A program made the translations under genes and the position numbers. Shown here in pieces: positions 39,542 through 41,682 of a stretch of 41,682 nucleotides of DNA. Each line of letters starts with the position of its first letter. Position 1 is the first letter of the stretch. This DNA is from a virus (taxonomy: Duplodnaviria; Caudoviricetes), in IMG/VR virus record IMGVR_UViG_3300032327_000851, positions 1 through 41,682 of that record. One strand, 5' to 3'. The notes below the pieces were generated by a model. It ran no database searches, was not told where the DNA came from, and saw only the letters and a program-made list of their open reading frames with translations.

Positions 39542-40093
39542 CTATCCTCTATAAAATATATGTGCGCCAATACTGGCAACCTGTGTTAAATTCCATCTAG
39601 GATGAACATATTTCGCATGATAAAATAATCCGCCGTGTGTTACATCGTACACTTTATTTAGATAGACACGCTCAGCGGCTGCTCGTGCTCTTCTAAACAT
39701 ATCTGCATCACGGATTTTGTTTTTACCTTGGCAGACCCAAGAAAATTGACATACACCATGGTTTTTCTGTCTAATAACAGCACATGGTGTGTCGGGGAAC
39801 CTACTATCCTTAGTACGGTTCATAACTACACTCGTAACAGCAATCATGCCTCTTTCAGATTGATTTCCTGCCTCAAAATATGCATTTCGGGCTAGACAAT
39901 TTATCTGACGTTCTTCATACGGTGTAATTGTTTTGTTGTGTACAGTATTTTGTTCTACTTGTCTAGAACTTTCTACTGTTGGTGATGGTTTTGCAGGAGT
40001 TGATATTGCTGCTGCAATAATTGATACCATAATCAAAAATGTAATCACTATGTTTTTTAAAGTATATGTTTTATTTTTTGTTAAGTAAGTCAT
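39542..40093 (-). CDS. SleB-like cell wall hydrolase (Hydrolase_2) with N-terminal hydrophobic anchor
   Basis: CLARNAYFEA, AV..VVMNR....FP.T.C.V..Q, CQFSW, FYHA.YV.P.W and IG.HIFY motifs; ATG 40093 preferred over TTG 40108. Confidence 0.92.
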   Translation of the reverse strand: MTYLTKNKTYTLKNIVITFLIMVSIIAAAISTPAKPSPTVESSRQVEQNTVHNKTITPYEERQINCLARNAYFEAGNQSERGMIAVTSVVMNRTKDSRFPDTPCAVIRQKNHGVCQFSWVCQGKNKIRDADMFRRARAAAERVYLNKVYDVTHGGLFYHAKYVHPRWNLTQVASIGAHIFYRG

Positions 40094-40370
40094 TTGTATT
40101 CTCGTCAAATAATGACTTTGGTACTACTGAAAGCGTTATAGCGTATCTCAACGCCTACTATCAGTAATCTATGAGAAGATACAATGAAAAATAAATTGGT
40201 ATCTTCTACATCCATCCCTCCATTACTAGGAATGCAAAATCATTAGTGTTTGGTCGGTGTTTATGTTGTTTTTCGCATAAAGTGATTTTATGCTATTTTT
40301 GACATAAACGCTTTCTTAGCCACATAAGGACTTGAAGCTGTTGTAATGGTAATGGAGGTAGATTACCTCC
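40087..40370 (-). ncRNA. Candidate structured RNA or cis-regulatory leader, family not recognised
   Basis: At least seven helices found by eye in a stretch with no credible ORF, starting just after a CATAAATA motif. Confidence 0.6.
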
Positions 40371-40378
40371 TATAGAAA

Positions 40379-40386
40379 TATTTATG
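40379..40386 (-). promoter_or_regulatory. Late promoter variant CATAAATA
   Basis: 8 nt upstream of the first hairpin of the structured region. Confidence 0.55.
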
Positions 40387-40488
40387 TAATAAAAATTTCA
40401 TACAAGTATATGTATACTACTTTTGTATGAATGTCAACAGATTGTAATGCGGTTCATCGCTATTACGAAACGGTTCATCGATTAAGAC

Positions 40489-40524
40489 AAAACAACTGCC
40501 ACCACTATTGCGATGGCAGTTGTT
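40489..40524 (-). terminator. Probable intrinsic terminator
   Basis: 11-bp stem AACAACTGCCA/TGGCAGTTGTT extendable by G-U pairs, short U tract, 8 nt after the stop codon. Confidence 0.7.
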
Positions 40525-40532
40525 CATATCAT

Positions 40533-41012
40533 TTAGATAAGTTCAAAGCCGATAACACTATCAACCTTGAAGTTGCGAACCTTGATTTCCTCTTCAAGAC
40601 CCTGACCATTGCTCTTACGAGCAGGAATGAAGGGCTTGAGAGCATCATATTCAATGACGTTGTTAGCAGCATCGACATAGATAGGAATGCCGATACGACC
40701 TTCCTCAATGCACTTGATGTAAAGCTGACCGTTATTGTCAAGGAGAGCGTTACCAACCATCTGACCATAAGTCATGCTCTTGGCTTCAAAGTTGGCGCTG
40801 TTGCCTTCCTTGATGCGCTGCTCATTCACACGATACTGATAGTCATCATTCATCGTCACCTTGATGGTGTTGATCTTGAAAACTTCAGTGTGTGGATTGG
40901 GGATGCTCTTGGTTTCAACATCCTTCTTGTTCATCTTGACCGCAGTCTTGGTCTGAAGGATTGCCTTGGTGTTAGGCTTCACGATCTTTGCAAATTCAAC
41001 AATGTTCATCAT
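40533..41012 (-). CDS. Hypothetical early protein
   Basis: GGAGA RBS, own consensus sigma70 promoter and terminator. Confidence 0.8.
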   Translation of the reverse strand: MMNIVEFAKIVKPNTKAILQTKTAVKMNKKDVETKSIPNPHTEVFKINTIKVTMNDDYQYRVNEQRIKEGNSANFEAKSMTYGQMVGNALLDNNGQLYIKCIEEGRIGIPIYVDAANNVIEYDALKPFIPARKSNGQGLEEEIKVRNFKVDSVIGFELI

Positions 41013-41039
41013 AATATATTCTCCGTTCGTTGAGCCTTA

Positions 41040-41068
41040 ATTATACAGGCAAAAGCGATTCGTGTCAA
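41040..41068 (-). promoter_or_regulatory. Consensus sigma70 (early) promoter
   Basis: TTGACA-cgaatcgcttttgcctg (17 nt)-TATAAT. Confidence 0.9.
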
Positions 41069-41071
41069 CAT

Positions 41072-41106
41072 AAAAAGTGGGGATCAGATTTTTTTTCTGA
41101 TCCCCA
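41072..41106 (-). terminator. Rho-independent terminator
   Basis: TGGGGATCAGA-A7-TCTGATCCCCA-C-TTTTT, 7 nt after the stop codon. Confidence 0.9.
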
Positions 41107-41113
41107 TATAATT

Positions 41114-41332
41114 TTATTCCTTACCGTCGATAAATCCTTTGAGCTTTTTAGCTTCTGCTAAGAGTTCATCTGTTGTAGGATATGTTGGCACTTCAGTTAG
41201 AAATGAAGTGTTTTCGTTGATACGTGCCTTTTCGGCTGCGTTTGACCATTCAATATGGAACTTTTCTGATGCTCTTTGCTGAGCAACTTTGATCATCTCC
41301 ATGCGTAGGAGATATGGGGTATCTTGTGACAT
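41114..41332 (-). CDS. Small conserved phage hypothetical protein
   Basis: TPY.LR.E....A and YPT..E....A..L..FI pattern; AAAGGA RBS; own promoter and terminator. Confidence 0.8.
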   Translation of the reverse strand: MSQDTPYLLRMEMIKVAQQRASEKFHIEWSNAAEKARINENTSFLTEVPTYPTTDELLAEAKKLKGFIDGKE

Positions 41333-41386
41333 AGTATTTCCTTTGTGTATGTGTGTATGTCCGTTGTCTTAGGACTAGGGACAATC

Positions 41387-41394
41387 TATTTATA
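41387..41394 (-). promoter_or_regulatory. Late promoter TATAAATA
   Basis: Exact consensus 54 nt upstream of ATG 41332. Confidence 0.7.
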
Positions 41395-41407
41395 CACAAA
41401 GGAAATT

Positions 41408-41682
41408 TTACCTACACTTCTGTAGTGCCTTTTCCTTCGCTTCTACAAGCGTATTGAAAGACTTGGACGTACCACCAGCATCAGGGTGATATACCATAGA
41501 CATTTTACGGAACGCCTTCTCTACGGCGCTACTATCAGTCGTAGGCATCATACCAAGTACATGCCAGATAGATGATCTAGTTTTTTCTACGGTCTTTTCA
41601 ACAACTGTTTTAGGAAGGTTAAGGCGGTTGATAGAAATATATCTATCAATACTCTTACCATCTTTGGTTGACATGGTAAGAA
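41408..41682 (-). CDS. Protein with C-terminal DnaJ (J) domain, probably truncated at the window edge
   Basis: W.VLG......V.KAFRK.....HPD.GG....F..L..A motif; frame stays open upstream of ATG 41674. Confidence 0.8.
   Translation of the reverse strand, partial: LTMSTKDGKSIDRYISINRLNLPKTVVEKTVEKTRSSIWHVLGMMPTTDSSAVEKAFRKMSMVYHPDAGGTSKSFNTLVEAKEKALQKCR

Noticed and set aside
40087-40386. Identification of the structured region as tRNA, tmRNA or RNase P RNA
   Set aside because: No T-arm GTTCRA or CCA acceptor end and no tag frame; AAGUCC is present but the matching RNase P 3' conserved region is not
40431-41033. 200-aa plus-strand ORF
   Set aside because: Antisense to the 159-aa gene, which has the RBS, consensus promoter and terminator
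1-41682. Stop-codon reassignment as in some large phages
   Set aside because: Core genes are full length in the standard code, and TAA, TGA and TAG all end genes at expected C-termini

Overview
A 41.7 kb AT-rich segment of a large T4-like myovirus genome, read in the standard genetic code. The gene layout is of the cyanomyovirus/alphaproteobacterial T4-like type, and an alphaproteobacterial host is suggested but not shown. A long leftward late operon (30.9 kb to the window start) encodes gp48, gp53, a gp27-like hub, a lysozyme-less gp5, an Ig-domain protein, gp25, gp6, gp7 and gp8. It continues with a free-standing GIY-YIG/NUMOD3 homing endonuclease, a two-gene DUF4815/VrlC-like module, tail fibres with a chaperone, a DUF285/BspA-like repeat protein and a translationally coupled heme oxygenase-like gene. 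A rightward operon encodes gp4, gp2, gp54, gp26, a gp51-like ORF and two tape-measure-like proteins, one carrying lysozyme and M23 domains. A second leftward block encodes gp32, gp59, gp33, a SleB-like hydrolase, small hypotheticals and a J-domain protein. Five signals stand out: (1) a ~290-nt densely base-paired RNA with alternative helices in front of the SleB gene, whose last stem covers the start codon; (2) a U_UUU_UUU site that would fuse gp26 to the gp51-like ORF by -1 frameshifting just before the tape-measure gene; (3) the heme oxygenase-like gene inside the fibre cluster; (4) identical DNA blocks within the DUF285 array; (5) a pseudoknot plus AC-repeat leader. All family assignments come from motif recognition and gene order; no searches were run.
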